41,498 bases of DNA from Escherichia coli (lineage in GTDB: Bacteria; Pseudomonadota; Gammaproteobacteria; Enterobacterales; Enterobacteriaceae): the NCBI RefSeq assembly GCF_003334305.1, contig NZ_QOWS01000030.1; one strand, given 5' to 3'. Below are positions 21,946 to 32,588 of the stretch, in pieces (the stretch's first letter is position 1; each line of letters opens with the position of its first letter). The translations under genes and the position numbers were made by a program. Under the pieces are notes generated by a model, which worked only from the letters and a program-made list of their open reading frames with translations, was not told the origin of the DNA and ran no database searches.

Positions 21946-22662
21946 TTACGCATTACGTTGCAACAACATCGACTTGATATGGCCGATGGCGCGCGTCGGG
22001 TTCAGCCCCTTCGGACATACACTGACGCAGTTCATGATGCTGTGACAGCGGAATACACTGAATGCATCGCTCAAACCGTCGAGGCGGCTGTCAGTCTCGG
22101 TATCACGGCTATCGATCAGGAAACGATATGCCGCTAACAAGCCTGCCGGGCCGATAAACTTATCGGGATTCCACCAGAAAGACGGACAAGAGGTTGAACA
22201 ACATGCGCAGAGAATACATTCATACAGCCCGTCGAGTTTTTCGCGCTGCTCTGGCATCTGTAAATGCTCGCGAGCTGGCGGATTTTGTCCATTATTCAAC
22301 AGGTAAGGCTTAATTTTCTCATATTGCGCATAGAATTGTCCCATGTCTACCACCAAATCGCGGATCACCGGTAAACCTGGCAGCGGGCGAATCACAATCT
22401 TCTTGCCCGGCTGGTTGAGTGCCGAAATCGGGGTAATACAGGCCAGACCATTCTTGCCGTTCATGTTCAGACCGTCGGAACCGCACACACCTTCACGGCA
22501 GGAGCGGCGGAACGACAGGCTGGGATCTTTCTCTTTCAGCTGGATAAGCGCATCCAGCAGCATCATGTCGCGACCTTCTTCCGCTTCCAGGGTGTAATCC
22601 TGCATACGCGGAGCATCATCAACATCCGGGTTATAGCGATAAATTGAAAACTCGAGTCTCAT
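21946..22662 (-). CDS. sdhB: Succinate dehydrogenase iron-sulfur subunit, 238 aa
   Basis: ORF 21946..22662 minus; MRLEFSIYRYNPDVDDAPRMQDYTLEA..., Cys clusters CREGVCGSDG and CILCACCSTSCP. Confidence 0.97.
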   Translation of the reverse strand: MRLEFSIYRYNPDVDDAPRMQDYTLEAEEGRDMMLLDALIQLKEKDPSLSFRRSCREGVCGSDGLNMNGKNGLACITPISALNQPGKKIVIRPLPGLPVIRDLVVDMGQFYAQYEKIKPYLLNNGQNPPAREHLQMPEQREKLDGLYECILCACCSTSCPSFWWNPDKFIGPAGLLAAYRFLIDSRDTETDSRLDGLSDAFSVFRCHSIMNCVSVCPKGLNPTRAIGHIKSMLLQRNA

Positions 22663-22677
22663 TTTCCTGTCTCCGCA

Positions 22678-24444
22678 TTAGTAAGTACGAATCTTCGGCG
22701 GGAATGCCGGGCGCAGTTTCGGTTCCATGTTGACGCTTCGGCGCGTCATGGATTCCGACTCTGGCAGATACAGGGAGTGGCACAGCCAGTTTTCATCATC
22801 ACGATCCGGGAAGTCGAAGCGGCTATGTGCGCCACGGCTTTCGGTACGGAAGTTGGCAGAAACAGCCGTTGCATACGCCGTTTCCATCAGGTTATCCAGT
22901 TCCAGGCACTCAACGCGCTGGGTGTTGAACTCGCTGGAAGTGTCATCCAGACGGGCATTTTTCAGACGCTCGCGGATAACTTTCAACTGCTCAAGCCCTT
23001 TCGCCATCGCATCACCTTCACGGAAGACCGAGAAGTTATGCTGCATACATTCTTGCAGCGCTTTACGAATCGCCACCGGATCTTCACCGTTACGATTATT
23101 GTTCCAGCGGTTCAGACGATCCAGAGATGCTTCAACATCAGACTCGCTGGCATCGCGCAATGCGCCCTGTTCGGCGATAGACTCTTGCAGATGCAGACCT
23201 GCCGCACGACCAAAGACCACCAGGTCCAGCAACGAGTTGCCGCCCAGACGGTTAGCGCCGTGTACCGATACACAAGCGATTTCACCAACGGCAAACAGTC
23301 CCGGAACAACCACATCTTCGCCTTTCTCATTCACAGTCAGCGCCTGACCGGTAACTTTGGTCGGAATACCGCCCATCATGTAGTGACAGGTTGGGATAAC
23401 CGGAATCGGCTCTTTCACCGGATCGACGTGAGCGAAGGTACGGGAAAGCTCCAGGATACCCGGCAGACGGGATTCGAGAACTTCTTTACCCAGGTGATCG
23501 AGTTTCAGTTTCGCGTGTGGCCCCCACGGACCATCACAGCCGCGACCTTCACGGATTTCGATCATGATGGAACGCGCCACCACATCACGGCCCGCCAGGT
23601 CTTTGGCGTTCGGCGCATAACGCTCCATAAAGCGTTCGCCATGTTTGTTCAGCAGATAACCGCCTTCACCACGGCAACCTTCGGTGACCAGTACGCCCGC
23701 ACCGGCAATACCGGTCGGGTGGAACTGCCACATTTCCATATCCTGCACCGGTACGCCTGCGCGGATAGCCATGCCGACGCCGTCGCCAGTGTTAATGTGG
23801 GCGTTAGTGGTGGACTGATAAATACGCCCTGCCCCGCCAGTCGCCAGCACGGTAGCGCGGGCTTTGAAATAAACCACTTCACCGGTTTCGATGCACAGTG
23901 CGGTACAACCCACCACCGCGCCATCCTGGTTTTTCACCAGATCCAGCGCATACCACTCGGAGAAAATGGTGGTGTGGTTTTTCAGGTTCTGCTGATAAAG
24001 CGTGTGCAACAGTGCGTGACCGGTACGGTCAGCCGCCGCCGCAGTGCGTGCCGCCTGCTCGCCGCCGAAGTTTTTCGACTGACCGCCAAACGGACGTTGA
24101 TAGATACGACCATCATCAAGACGCGAGAACGGCAGGCCCATGTGTTCGAGTTCCAGAATCGCTTCCGGCCCGGTTTTACACATATATTCAATCGCGTCCT
24201 GGTCACCGATATAGTCCGACCCTTTTACGGTGTCGTACATATGCCATTCCCAGTTATCTTCATGGGTATTACCCAGCGCAACGGTAATGCCGCCTTGCGC
24301 AGAAACGGTATGGGAGCGGGTCGGGAAGACTTTAGAGAGCAGCGCACAGGTCTGGCCGCTCTGGGAAATTTGCAGCGCCGCGCGCATACCTGCGCCACCG
24401 GCACCAATCACAACTGCATCAAATTCTCTGACTGGCAATTTCAT
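22678..24444 (-). CDS. sdhA: Succinate dehydrogenase flavoprotein subunit, 588 aa
   Basis: ORF-track entry 22678..24456 begins [12 protein letters not shown]; recognised SdhA begins [24 protein letters not shown] (FAD-binding GxGxxG), so the start is set 4 codons in, overlapping the sdhD stop by 1 nt. Confidence 0.95.
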   Translation of the reverse strand: MKLPVREFDAVVIGAGGAGMRAALQISQSGQTCALLSKVFPTRSHTVSAQGGITVALGNTHEDNWEWHMYDTVKGSDYIGDQDAIEYMCKTGPEAILELEHMGLPFSRLDDGRIYQRPFGGQSKNFGGEQAARTAAAADRTGHALLHTLYQQNLKNHTTIFSEWYALDLVKNQDGAVVGCTALCIETGEVVYFKARATVLATGGAGRIYQSTTNAHINTGDGVGMAIRAGVPVQDMEMWQFHPTGIAGAGVLVTEGCRGEGGYLLNKHGERFMERYAPNAKDLAGRDVVARSIMIEIREGRGCDGPWGPHAKLKLDHLGKEVLESRLPGILELSRTFAHVDPVKEPIPVIPTCHYMMGGIPTKVTGQALTVNEKGEDVVVPGLFAVGEIACVSVHGANRLGGNSLLDLVVFGRAAGLHLQESIAEQGALRDASESDVEASLDRLNRWNNNRNGEDPVAIRKALQECMQHNFSVFREGDAMAKGLEQLKVIRERLKNARLDDTSSEFNTQRVECLELDNLMETAYATAVSANFRTESRGAHSRFDFPDRDDENWLCHSLYLPESESMTRRSVNMEPKLRPAFPPKIRTY

Positions 24445-24791
24445 CACACACCCCACACCACAACGAATCCATAAATCACGTAAACCACCAGTGCAACGAC
24501 AATCACCAGTTGCAGCATCAGGCGCAATGCCAGCGGTTTAACGTAGTCGGTCAACACCTGCCACATGCCGATCCAGGCATGAATCAAGATAGAAAACAGC
24601 GCCAGCAGGGTGAACACTTTGGTGAACGCAGAGGCGAAGAAACCGATCCAGACTTCATATGTCAGTTCGCCACTGGTGGCGAAAAAACCGACCATATAAA
24701 TGATGTAGAGCGTCAGGACGATAGCGGTAGCGCGAACGAGGATGAAATCATGTACGCCATTGCGTCCTAATGCGGAGGCGTTGCTTACCAT
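24444..24791 (-). CDS. sdhD: Succinate dehydrogenase hydrophobic membrane anchor subunit, 115 aa
   Basis: ORF 24444..24791 minus; [37 protein letters not shown]... Confidence 0.95.
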
Positions 24792-25174
24792 ACGAGGACT
24801 CCTGCGAGAAGTGAAAGCACGACAGTAATAACAAAGGAGGTTTTGGCGGAGCGTTTACCCGCTTCGAATGTTTCTTCCAGATAGCCAAAATCCATCATCA
24901 TGTGGCGAATACCTACGACGACGTGATACGCCAGAGCGGTAAGGATGCCCCACATGATAAATTTGACGAAGAAGCTGCCCATAATCGCGGAAGCTTGCTC
25001 GAAACCTTCAGGGGAAGAGAGGCTGGTACCCAGAAGCCACAGCAGGATGCCCACTGCAACAAAGGTGATCACACCGGAAACGCGATGGAGAATGGACGCT
25101 ATCGCCGTGATGGGGAACCGGATGGTCTGTAGGTCCAGATTAACAGGTCTTTGTTTTTTCACATTTCTTATCAT
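24785..25174 (-). CDS. sdhC: Succinate dehydrogenase cytochrome b556 subunit, 129 aa
   Basis: ORF-track entry 24785..25189 begins [12 protein letters not shown]; recognised SdhC begins [34 protein letters not shown], so the start is set at the second Met. Confidence 0.93.
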
Positions 25175-25882
25175 GAATAACGCCCACATGCTGTTCTTAT
25201 TATTCCCTGGGGACTACGGGCACAGAGGTTAACTTTCTGTTACCTGGAGACGTCGGGATTTCCTTCCTCCGGTCTGCTTGCGGGTCAGACAGCGTCCTTT
25301 CTATAACTGCGCGTCATGCAAAACACTGCTTCCAGATGCGAAAACGACACGTTACAACGCTGGGTGGCTCGGGATTGCAGGGTGTTCCGGAGACCTGGCG
25401 GCAGTATAGGCCGTTCACAAAATCATTACAATTAACCTACATATAGTTTGTCGGGTTTTATCCTGAACAGTGATCCAGGTCACGATAACAACATTTATTT
25501 AATTTTTAATCATCTAATTTGACAATCATTCAACAAAGTTGTTACAAACATTACCAGGAAAAGCATATAATGCGTAAAAGTTATGAAGTCGGTATTTCAC
25601 CTAAGATTAACTTATGTAACAGTGTGGAAGTATTGACCAATTCATTCGGGACAGTTATTAGTGGTAGACAAGTTTAATAATTCGGATTGCTAAGTACTTG
25701 ATTCGCCATTTATTCGTCATCAATGGATCCTTTACCTGCAAGCGCCCAGAGCTCTGTACCCAGGTTTTCCCCTCTTTCACAGAGCGGCGAGCCAAATAAC
25801 AAACGGGTAAAGCCAGGTTGATGTGCGAAGGCAAATTTAAGTTCCGGCAGTCTTACGTAATAAGGCGCTAAGGAGACCTTAA
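25175..25882. promoter_or_regulatory. Divergent sdhC / gltA control region (708 bp)
   Basis: Long AT-rich intergenic region between divergently transcribed sdhC (minus) and gltA (plus); contains a CRP-like motif and several GTTAA-type boxes. Confidence 0.7.
25469..25484. promoter_or_regulatory. CRP-like site (aGTGAtccaggTCACg) upstream of sdhC
   Basis: Sequence agtgatccaggtcacg, a TGA-N6-TCA dyad approximating the CRP consensus TGTGA-N6-TCACA; sdhC is reported to be CRP-activated. Confidence 0.4.
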
Positions 25883-27166
25883 ATGGCTGATACAAAAGCA
25901 AAACTCACCCTCAACGGGGACACAGCTGTTGAACTGGATGTGCTGAAAGGCACGCTGGGTCAAGATGTTATTGATATCCGTACTCTCGGTTCAAAAGGTG
26001 TGTTCACCTTTGACCCAGGCTTCACTTCAACCGCATCCTGCGAATCTAAAATTACTTTTATTGATGGTGATGAAGGTATTTTGCTACACCGCGGTTTCCC
26101 GATCGATCAGCTGGCGACCGATTCTAACTACCTGGAAGTTTGTTACATCCTGCTGAATGGTGAAAAACCGACTCAGGAACAGTATGACGAATTTAAAACT
26201 ACGGTGACCCGTCATACCATGATCCACGAGCAGATTACCCGTCTGTTCCACGCTTTCCGTCGCGACTCACATCCAATGGCAGTCATGTGTGGTATTACCG
26301 GCGCGCTGGCGGCGTTCTATCACGACTCGCTGGATGTTAACAATCCTCGTCATCGTGAAATTGCCGCGTTCCGCCTGCTGTCGAAAATGCCGACCATGGC
26401 CGCGATGTGTTACAAGTATTCCATTGGTCAGCCATTTGTTTATCCGCGCAACGATCTCTCCTATGCCGGTAACTTCCTGAATATGATGTTCTCCACGCCG
26501 TGCGAACCGTATGAAGTTAATCCGATTCTGGAACGTGCTATGGACCGTATTCTGATCCTGCACGCTGACCATGAACAGAACGCCTCTACCTCCACCGTGC
26601 GTACCGCTGGCTCTTCGGGTGCGAACCCGTTTGCCTGTATCGCAGCAGGTATTGCTTCACTGTGGGGACCTGCGCACGGTGGTGCTAACGAAGCGGCGCT
26701 GAAAATGCTGGAAGAAATTAGCTCCGTTAAACACATTCCGGAATTTGTTCGTCGTGCGAAAGATAAAAATGATTCTTTCCGCCTGATGGGCTTCGGTCAC
26801 CGCGTGTACAAAAATTACGACCCGCGCGCCACCGTAATGCGTGAAACCTGCCATGAAGTTCTGAAAGAGCTGGGCACCAAAGATGACCTGCTGGAAGTGG
26901 CTATGGAGCTGGAAAACATCGCGCTGAACGACCCGTACTTTATCGAGAAGAAACTGTACCCGAACGTCGATTTCTACTCTGGTATCATCCTGAAAGCGAT
27001 GGGTATTCCGTCTTCCATGTTCACCGTCATTTTCGCAATGGCACGTACCGTTGGCTGGATCGCCCACTGGAGCGAAATGCACAGTGACGGTATGAAGATT
27101 GCCCGTCCGCGTCAGCTGTATACAGGATATGAAAAACGCGACTTTAAAAGCGATATCAAGCGTTAA
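25883..27166 (+). CDS. gltA: Citrate synthase (type II), 427 aa
   Basis: ORF 25883..27166 plus; [72 protein letters not shown]... Confidence 0.97.
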   Translation: MADTKAKLTLNGDTAVELDVLKGTLGQDVIDIRTLGSKGVFTFDPGFTSTASCESKITFIDGDEGILLHRGFPIDQLATDSNYLEVCYILLNGEKPTQEQYDEFKTTVTRHTMIHEQITRLFHAFRRDSHPMAVMCGITGALAAFYHDSLDVNNPRHREIAAFRLLSKMPTMAAMCYKYSIGQPFVYPRNDLSYAGNFLNMMFSTPCEPYEVNPILERAMDRILILHADHEQNASTSTVRTAGSSGANPFACIAAGIASLWGPAHGGANEAALKMLEEISSVKHIPEFVRRAKDKNDSFRLMGFGHRVYKNYDPRATVMRETCHEVLKELGTKDDLLEVAMELENIALNDPYFIEKKLYPNVDFYSGIILKAMGIPSSMFTVIFAMARTVGWIAHWSEMHSDGMKIARPRQLYTGYEKRDFKSDIKR

Positions 27167-27192
27167 TGGTTGATTGCTAAGTTGTAAATATT

Positions 27193-27226
27193 TTAACCCG
27201 CCGTTCAAATGGCGGGTTAATTTTTA
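27193..27226 (+). terminator. Rho-independent terminator of gltA
   Basis: Stem AACCCGCC(27195..27202) / GGCGGGTT(27211..27218), 8-nt loop, followed by AATTTTTAT. Confidence 0.75.
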
Positions 27227-27556
27227 TATGCCTAAACACAAAAAATTGTAAAAATAAAATCCACTATCGGACATTCATATATTCTAAAAAAAAATATATC
27301 GGTATAAATTATAAACAAATCGATGATTTTTAATCATCTATCTTCCTCTCAGTTACATGAATAAACCACCAAATATAGTGCACCCCTATAATTTCCAATA
27401 CTTTATTCATCAAACATTTAATTCATACCATCAATTAATTACTTTTACATTTAATAAAATTAATAATATTTTTAAGAAAAACTAAAAACATTCGACAATC
27501 AAATAAGATATTCTTGCACCGATATACTTTTTTCTTTTCTGTTAAAGGACTCCGTT
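27227..27556 (+). promoter_or_regulatory. AT-rich upstream region of the ybg fimbrial operon (candidate H-NS-silenced promoter region)
   Basis: 330 bp of very AT-rich sequence (long A/T runs, e.g. aaaaaaaaatatatcggtataaattataaacaaat) upstream of ybgD. Confidence 0.4.
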
Positions 27557-28123
27557 ATGTTTAAAGGACAAAAAACATTGGCCGCACTGGCCGTATCTCT
27601 GCTGTTCACAGCACCTGTTTATGCGGCTGATGAAGGATCCGGTGAAATTCACTTTAAAGGTGAAGTTATTGAAGCACCGTGTGAAATACATCAGGATGAT
27701 ATTGATAAAGAGGTTGAACTCGGTCAGGTGACCACCAGCCACATTAATCAGTCACATCACAGCGATGCCGTTGCTGTCGACCTGCGCTTAGTCAACTGTG
27801 ATCTGGAAAACTCCAGCAACGGTTCCGGTGGCAAGATTTCTAAAGTTGCAGTCACCTTTGATAGCTCAGCGAAAACCACCGGCGCAGATCCGATTCTCAA
27901 CAACACCAGCACGGGTGAAGCCACCGGCGTCGGCGTACGTTTAATGAATAAAGATCAAAGCAATATCGTTTTAGGCACCGCTACTCCAGATATCGACCTG
28001 GCTCCGACCTCCAGCGAACAAACGCTGAATTTCTTTGCCTGGATGGAACAAATTGATCAGGCTACACCTGTAACGCCAGGCGCAGTTACGGCGAATGCAA
28101 CCTACGTGCTGGATTATAAATAA
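27557..28123 (+). CDS. ybgD: Fimbrial major-subunit-like protein YbgD (type 1 fimbrin family), 188 aa
   Basis: ORF 27557..28123 plus; signal peptide MFKGQKTLAALAVSLLFTAPVYA, pilin-like C-terminus ...ANATYVLDYK. Confidence 0.88.
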   Translation: MFKGQKTLAALAVSLLFTAPVYAADEGSGEIHFKGEVIEAPCEIHQDDIDKEVELGQVTTSHINQSHHSDAVAVDLRLVNCDLENSSNGSGGKISKVAVTFDSSAKTTGADPILNNTSTGEATGVGVRLMNKDQSNIVLGTATPDIDLAPTSSEQTLNFFAWMEQIDQATPVTPGAVTANATYVLDYK

Positions 28124-28173
28124 GTATTACTTTGGCGGCGCTATCGCCGCCTTTCATAAAATATTTATCAGGT

Positions 28174-30633
28174 ATGGACACCGTGAATATTTATCGACTC
28201 TCTTTTGTATCCTGCCTGGTCGTGGCGATGCCTTGCGCATTGGCGGTCGAATTCAACCTTAATGTTCTCGATAAATCAATGCGCGACCGCATTGATATTT
28301 CATTATTAAAGGAAAAAGGAGTCATTGCTCCCGGTGAGTATTTTGTTAGCGTTGCGGTAAATAATAACCAAATCAGTAACGGGCAAAAGATTAACTGGCA
28401 CAAAAATGACGATAAAACCATTCCGTGCATCAATGATTTACTGGTCGATAAATTTGGCTTAAAACCTGAAGTCCGTCAGTCGTTACCATTGATAAATCAG
28501 TGCGTCGATTTTAGCTCCCGACCTGAAATGCTCTTCAATTTCGATCAAGCCAATCAGCAACTAAATATCACCATTCCGCAAGCCTGGCTGGCGTGGCACT
28601 CAGAAAACTGGACCCCACCCTCCACATGGAAAGAAGGTGTCGCCGGTGTCCTGATGGATTACAACTTGTTTGCCAGCAGCTACCGCCCACAGGATGGCAG
28701 CAGCAGCACTAATCTTAACGCCTATGGAACAGCCGGAATCAACACGGGGGCATGGCGCTTACGCAGTGATTATCAGTTGAATCAGACTGATAGCGATGAT
28801 AACCATGAACAGTCAGGCGAAATATCACGTACCTATCTTTTTCGCCCGTTACCGCAATTAGGTTCAAAATTAACCCTCGGCGAAACGGATTTTAGTTCCA
28901 ATATTTTCGACGGTTTTTCTTATACCGGCGCGGCACTGGCAAGTGACGATCGAATGTTGCCATGGGAACTACGCGGCTACGCCCCACAAATTAGCGGTAT
29001 TGCACAGACCAATGCCACGGTGACGATCAGTCAATCAGGCCGCGTCATTTACCAGAAAAAAGTCCCACCAGGCCCATTTATCATTGACGACCTTAATCAG
29101 TCTGTTCAGGGCACACTGGATGTCAAAGTGACGGAAGAAGATGGTCGGGTGAACAATTTCCAGGTTTCGGCAGCATCGACGCCCTTCCTGACTCGTCAGG
29201 GACAGGTTCGCTATAAACTGGCCGCGGGTCAGCCACGGCCCTCCATGTCACATCAAACTGAAAATGAAACCTTTTTTAGCAATGAAGTTTCCTGGGGGAT
29301 GCTGTCAAACACCTCGCTGTACGGCGGCCTGCTGCTTTCTGGTGATGACTACCATTCTGCCGCAATAGGTATCGGGCAAAATATGCTGTGGCTTGGCGCG
29401 CTGTCGTTTGATGTCACGTGGGCCAGTAGTCACTTTGATACTCAGCAGGACGAGCGGGGCTTAAGCTACCGTTTTAATTACAGCAAACAAGTGGATGCCA
29501 CCAACAGCACGATTTCCCTCGCCGCTTATCGTTTCTCCGATCGTCATTTTCACAGCTACGCCAACTATCTGGATCACAAATACAACGACAGCGATGCGCA
29601 GGACGAAAAACAGACGATCAGCTTATCTGTGGGCCAACCGATTACCCCACTAAACCTCAATCTTTACGCCAACCTGCTACATCAAACCTGGTGGAATGCA
29701 GACGCCTCCACGACCGCCAACATCACGGCAGGTTTTAATGTTGATATTGGTGACTGGAGAGATATCTCTATTTCGACGTCATTCAATACAACCCATTACG
29801 AAGATAAAGATCGCGACAACCAGATTTACCTGTCGATTTCGCTCCCCTTCGGTAACGGTGGTCGGGTTGGCTATGACATGCAAAACAGTAGCCACAGCAC
29901 CACACACCGCATGTCGTGGAACGATACGCTGGATGAACGTAATAGCTGGGGCATGTCTGCCGGACTGCAATCCGACCGTCCGGACAATGGAGCCCAGGTG
30001 AGCGGTAACTATCAGCACCTGAGTTCAGCGGGTGAGTGGGATATTTCTGGTACCTATGCCGCCAATGATTACAGTTCCGTCAGCAGCAGCTGGAGCGGTT
30101 CTTTCACCGCAACCCAATATGGTGCAGCGTTTCATCGCCGCAGCTCCACCAATGAACCACGCCTGATGGTCAGCACCGATGGCGTGGCAGATATTCCGGT
30201 TCAGGGCAATCTCGACTACACCAACCATTTTGGCATTGCGGTGGTGCCGTTGATTTCCAGTTACCAGCCTTCCACCGTGGCGGTGAACATGAATGACTTA
30301 CCCGACGGCGTAACAGTTGCAGAAAACGTTATCAAAGAAACGTGGATTGAAGGCGCGATAGGTTACAAATCACTGGCTTCCCGTTCCGGTAAAGACGTTA
30401 ACGTCATCATTCGCAACGCCAGCGGTCAGTTTCCTCCCCTCGGAGCGGATATCCGCCAGGATGACAGCGGCATTAGCGTGGGGATGGTTGGCGAGGAAGG
30501 ACATGCCTGGTTAAGCGGAGTCGCTGAAAATCAAAAGTTTACCGTGGTCTGGGGTGATAGCCAGCATTGCTCGCTCCATCTTCCTGAACATATGGAAGAC
30601 ACCGCAAATCGCCTGATTTTACCTTGTCATTAA
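28174..30633 (+). CDS. ybgQ: Outer-membrane fimbrial usher protein YbgQ (about 815-820 aa)
   Basis: ORF-track entry 28132..30633; usher-family features along the length. Start is uncertain: ATG at 28174 (MDTVNIYRLSF...) or GTG at 28183; the track's ATG at 28132 lies only 8 nt after the ybgD stop. Confidence 0.85.
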   Translation: MDTVNIYRLSFVSCLVVAMPCALAVEFNLNVLDKSMRDRIDISLLKEKGVIAPGEYFVSVAVNNNQISNGQKINWHKNDDKTIPCINDLLVDKFGLKPEVRQSLPLINQCVDFSSRPEMLFNFDQANQQLNITIPQAWLAWHSENWTPPSTWKEGVAGVLMDYNLFASSYRPQDGSSSTNLNAYGTAGINTGAWRLRSDYQLNQTDSDDNHEQSGEISRTYLFRPLPQLGSKLTLGETDFSSNIFDGFSYTGAALASDDRMLPWELRGYAPQISGIAQTNATVTISQSGRVIYQKKVPPGPFIIDDLNQSVQGTLDVKVTEEDGRVNNFQVSAASTPFLTRQGQVRYKLAAGQPRPSMSHQTENETFFSNEVSWGMLSNTSLYGGLLLSGDDYHSAAIGIGQNMLWLGALSFDVTWASSHFDTQQDERGLSYRFNYSKQVDATNSTISLAAYRFSDRHFHSYANYLDHKYNDSDAQDEKQTISLSVGQPITPLNLNLYANLLHQTWWNADASTTANITAGFNVDIGDWRDISISTSFNTTHYEDKDRDNQIYLSISLPFGNGGRVGYDMQNSSHSTTHRMSWNDTLDERNSWGMSAGLQSDRPDNGAQVSGNYQHLSSAGEWDISGTYAANDYSSVSSSWSGSFTATQYGAAFHRRSSTNEPRLMVSTDGVADIPVQGNLDYTNHFGIAVVPLISSYQPSTVAVNMNDLPDGVTVAENVIKETWIEGAIGYKSLASRSGKDVNVIIRNASGQFPPLGADIRQDDSGISVGMVGEEGHAWLSGVAENQKFTVVWGDSQHCSLHLPEHMEDTANRLILPCH

Positions 30634-30647
30634 TTAAGGAAATGAAA

Positions 30648-31379
30648 ATGACATTTATGAAAGGACTACCCCTTTTGTTGTTGGTTGCCAGTCTGTGCAG
30701 CCACGCTGCACTACAACCCGATCGCACTCGTATTGTGTTTAACGCTAATGATAAAGCTACCAGTCTGCGGGTGGATAATCGTAGCGATAAACTCCCCTAC
30801 CTCGCTTATTCCTGGCTCGAAAATGAAAAAGGGGAGAAAAGCGATGATCTTCTGGTCGCCCTGCCGCCGATACAACGTCTGGAACCGAAAGCAACAACGC
30901 AGGTACGGATAGTAAAGCAAGCCTCGACCACAAAATTACCGGGCGATCGCGAAACGCTATTTTTCTACAATATGCGTGAAATTCCTCCCGCCCCGGAAAA
31001 AAACAGCGACCATGCCGTTCTGCAAGTCGCCATTCAGAGTCGTATCAAGGTGTTCTGGCGACCGGCTGCATTACGCAAGAAAGCAGGAGAAAAGGTCGAA
31101 CTGCAGTTACAGGTCAGCCAGCAGGGCAACCAACTGACACTGAAAAATCCTACCGCGTATTATCTGACCATTGCCTACCTGGGACGAAATGAAAAAGGCG
31201 TTCTCCCCGGCTTCAAAACCGTGATGGTTGCGCCTTTTAGTACGGTCAACACAAACACCGGAAATTATAGCGGCAGCCAGTTTTATCTCGGTTATATGGA
31301 TGATTACGGCGCGTTACGCATGACGACGCTCAACTGCAGCGGACAATGCCATTTACAAGCCGTGGAGGCGAAGAAATGA
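30648..31379 (+). CDS. ybgP: Periplasmic fimbrial chaperone YbgP (PapD-like), about 243 aa
   Basis: ORF-track entry 30624..31379; AAGGA Shine-Dalgarno at 30636..30640 favours the ATG at 30648 ([20 protein letters not shown] signal peptide); chaperone-like core [17 protein letters not shown]. Confidence 0.85.
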
Positions 31380-32437
31380 GTGCTGGCAAGGGAGTGTTGC
31401 TCGTCATCTGTCTGTTATTTCTGCCGTTGAAGTCTGCGCTTGCCCTGAACTGCTACTTTGGTTCATCCGGTGGCTCGGTAGAAAAATCAGAAGCGATTCA
31501 ACCTTTTGCTGTACCAGGCAATGCCAAACTCGGCGATAAGATTTGGGAATCTGACGATATTAAAATTCCCGTCTATTGTGACAACAATACCAACGGCAAT
31601 TTTGAAAGTGAGCATGTTTATGCCTGGGTAAACCCCTACCCGGGGGTGCAGGATCGCTATTATCAACTCGGCGTAACTTACAATGGCGTTGATTATGACG
31701 CCAACCAGGGAAAAAGCCGCATCGACACTAACCAGTGTATTGACAGTAAGAACATTGACATTTATACCCCTGAGCAGATTATCGCGATGGGATGGCAGAA
31801 CAAAATTTGCTCGGGTGATCCCGCTAATATTCACATGTCGCGTACCTTTCTCGCTCGCATGCGGTTATACGTCAAAATACGAGAAATGCCGCCGCATGAT
31901 TATCAAAGTACGCTTAGCGACTATATCGTCGTGCAATTTGACGGTGCCGGTAGCGTTAACGAAGACCCTACTGCCCAAAACCTGAAATATCATATTACTG
32001 GTCTGGAAAACATTCGCGTGCTGGATTGCAGCGTCAATTTTTCCATTTCACCGGAAACACAGGTGATTGATTTTGGTAAATTTAATTTGCTGGATATTCG
32101 TCGCCACACAATGTCGAAAACATTCAGTATTAAGACGACAAAATCACAAAATGACCAATGCACCGACGGATTTAAAGTCAGTTCCTCCTTTTATACCGAA
32201 GAAACGTTGGTTGAAGAAGATAAAGCATTGTTGATTGGTAATGGTCTGAAGCTACGTTTGCTGGATGAAAACGCCTCGCCTTATACCTTCAATAAATATG
32301 CTGAATACGCCGATTTCACCAGCGATATGCTGATCTACGAAAAAACCTATACGGCTGAACTTTCGTCCATTGCAGGCACCCCCATCGAGGCTGGCCCCTT
32401 CGATACAGTGGTGCTTTTTAAGATTAACTATAACTGA
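31376..32437 (+). CDS. ybgO: Putative fimbrial adhesin / minor subunit YbgO, 353 aa
   Basis: ORF-track entry 31346..32437; start taken at [23 protein letters not shown] (signal peptide), overlapping the ybgP stop (ATGA). Confidence 0.85.
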
Positions 32438-32445
32438 TTTGCCAT

Positions 32446-32480
32446 GATGCCCTTTGCAGCCGGAAAGGGCATCTCTTTCA
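32446..32480 (+). terminator. Terminator candidate after ybgO
   Basis: Perfect 10-bp stem GATGCCCTTT(32446..32455) / AAAGGGCATC(32464..32473), 8-nt loop, followed by TCTTTCAG (weak U-tract). Confidence 0.45.
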
Positions 32481-32588
32481 GAAAATTGCTGATTTTCCCC
32501 TTTTCCTTGATTGCTGTTATTTTTTCCTGGCCCGGCTTTCTTTATGCTGTATCGATACACCAAAGAGAAAATAATGAGGGAGCGAAGG

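Noticed and set aside
22777-24474. 565-aa ORF on the plus strand, antisense to sdhA (and the 206-aa ORF at 22727..23347)
   Set aside because: Same argument: antisense to a confidently identified flavoprotein gene, with no start context and no protein-like composition.
25710-25901. 63-aa ORF on the minus strand in the gltA upstream region
   Set aside because: Sits in the gltA promoter/leader and overlaps the gltA start; no ribosome-binding site and no recognisable family. Judged spurious.
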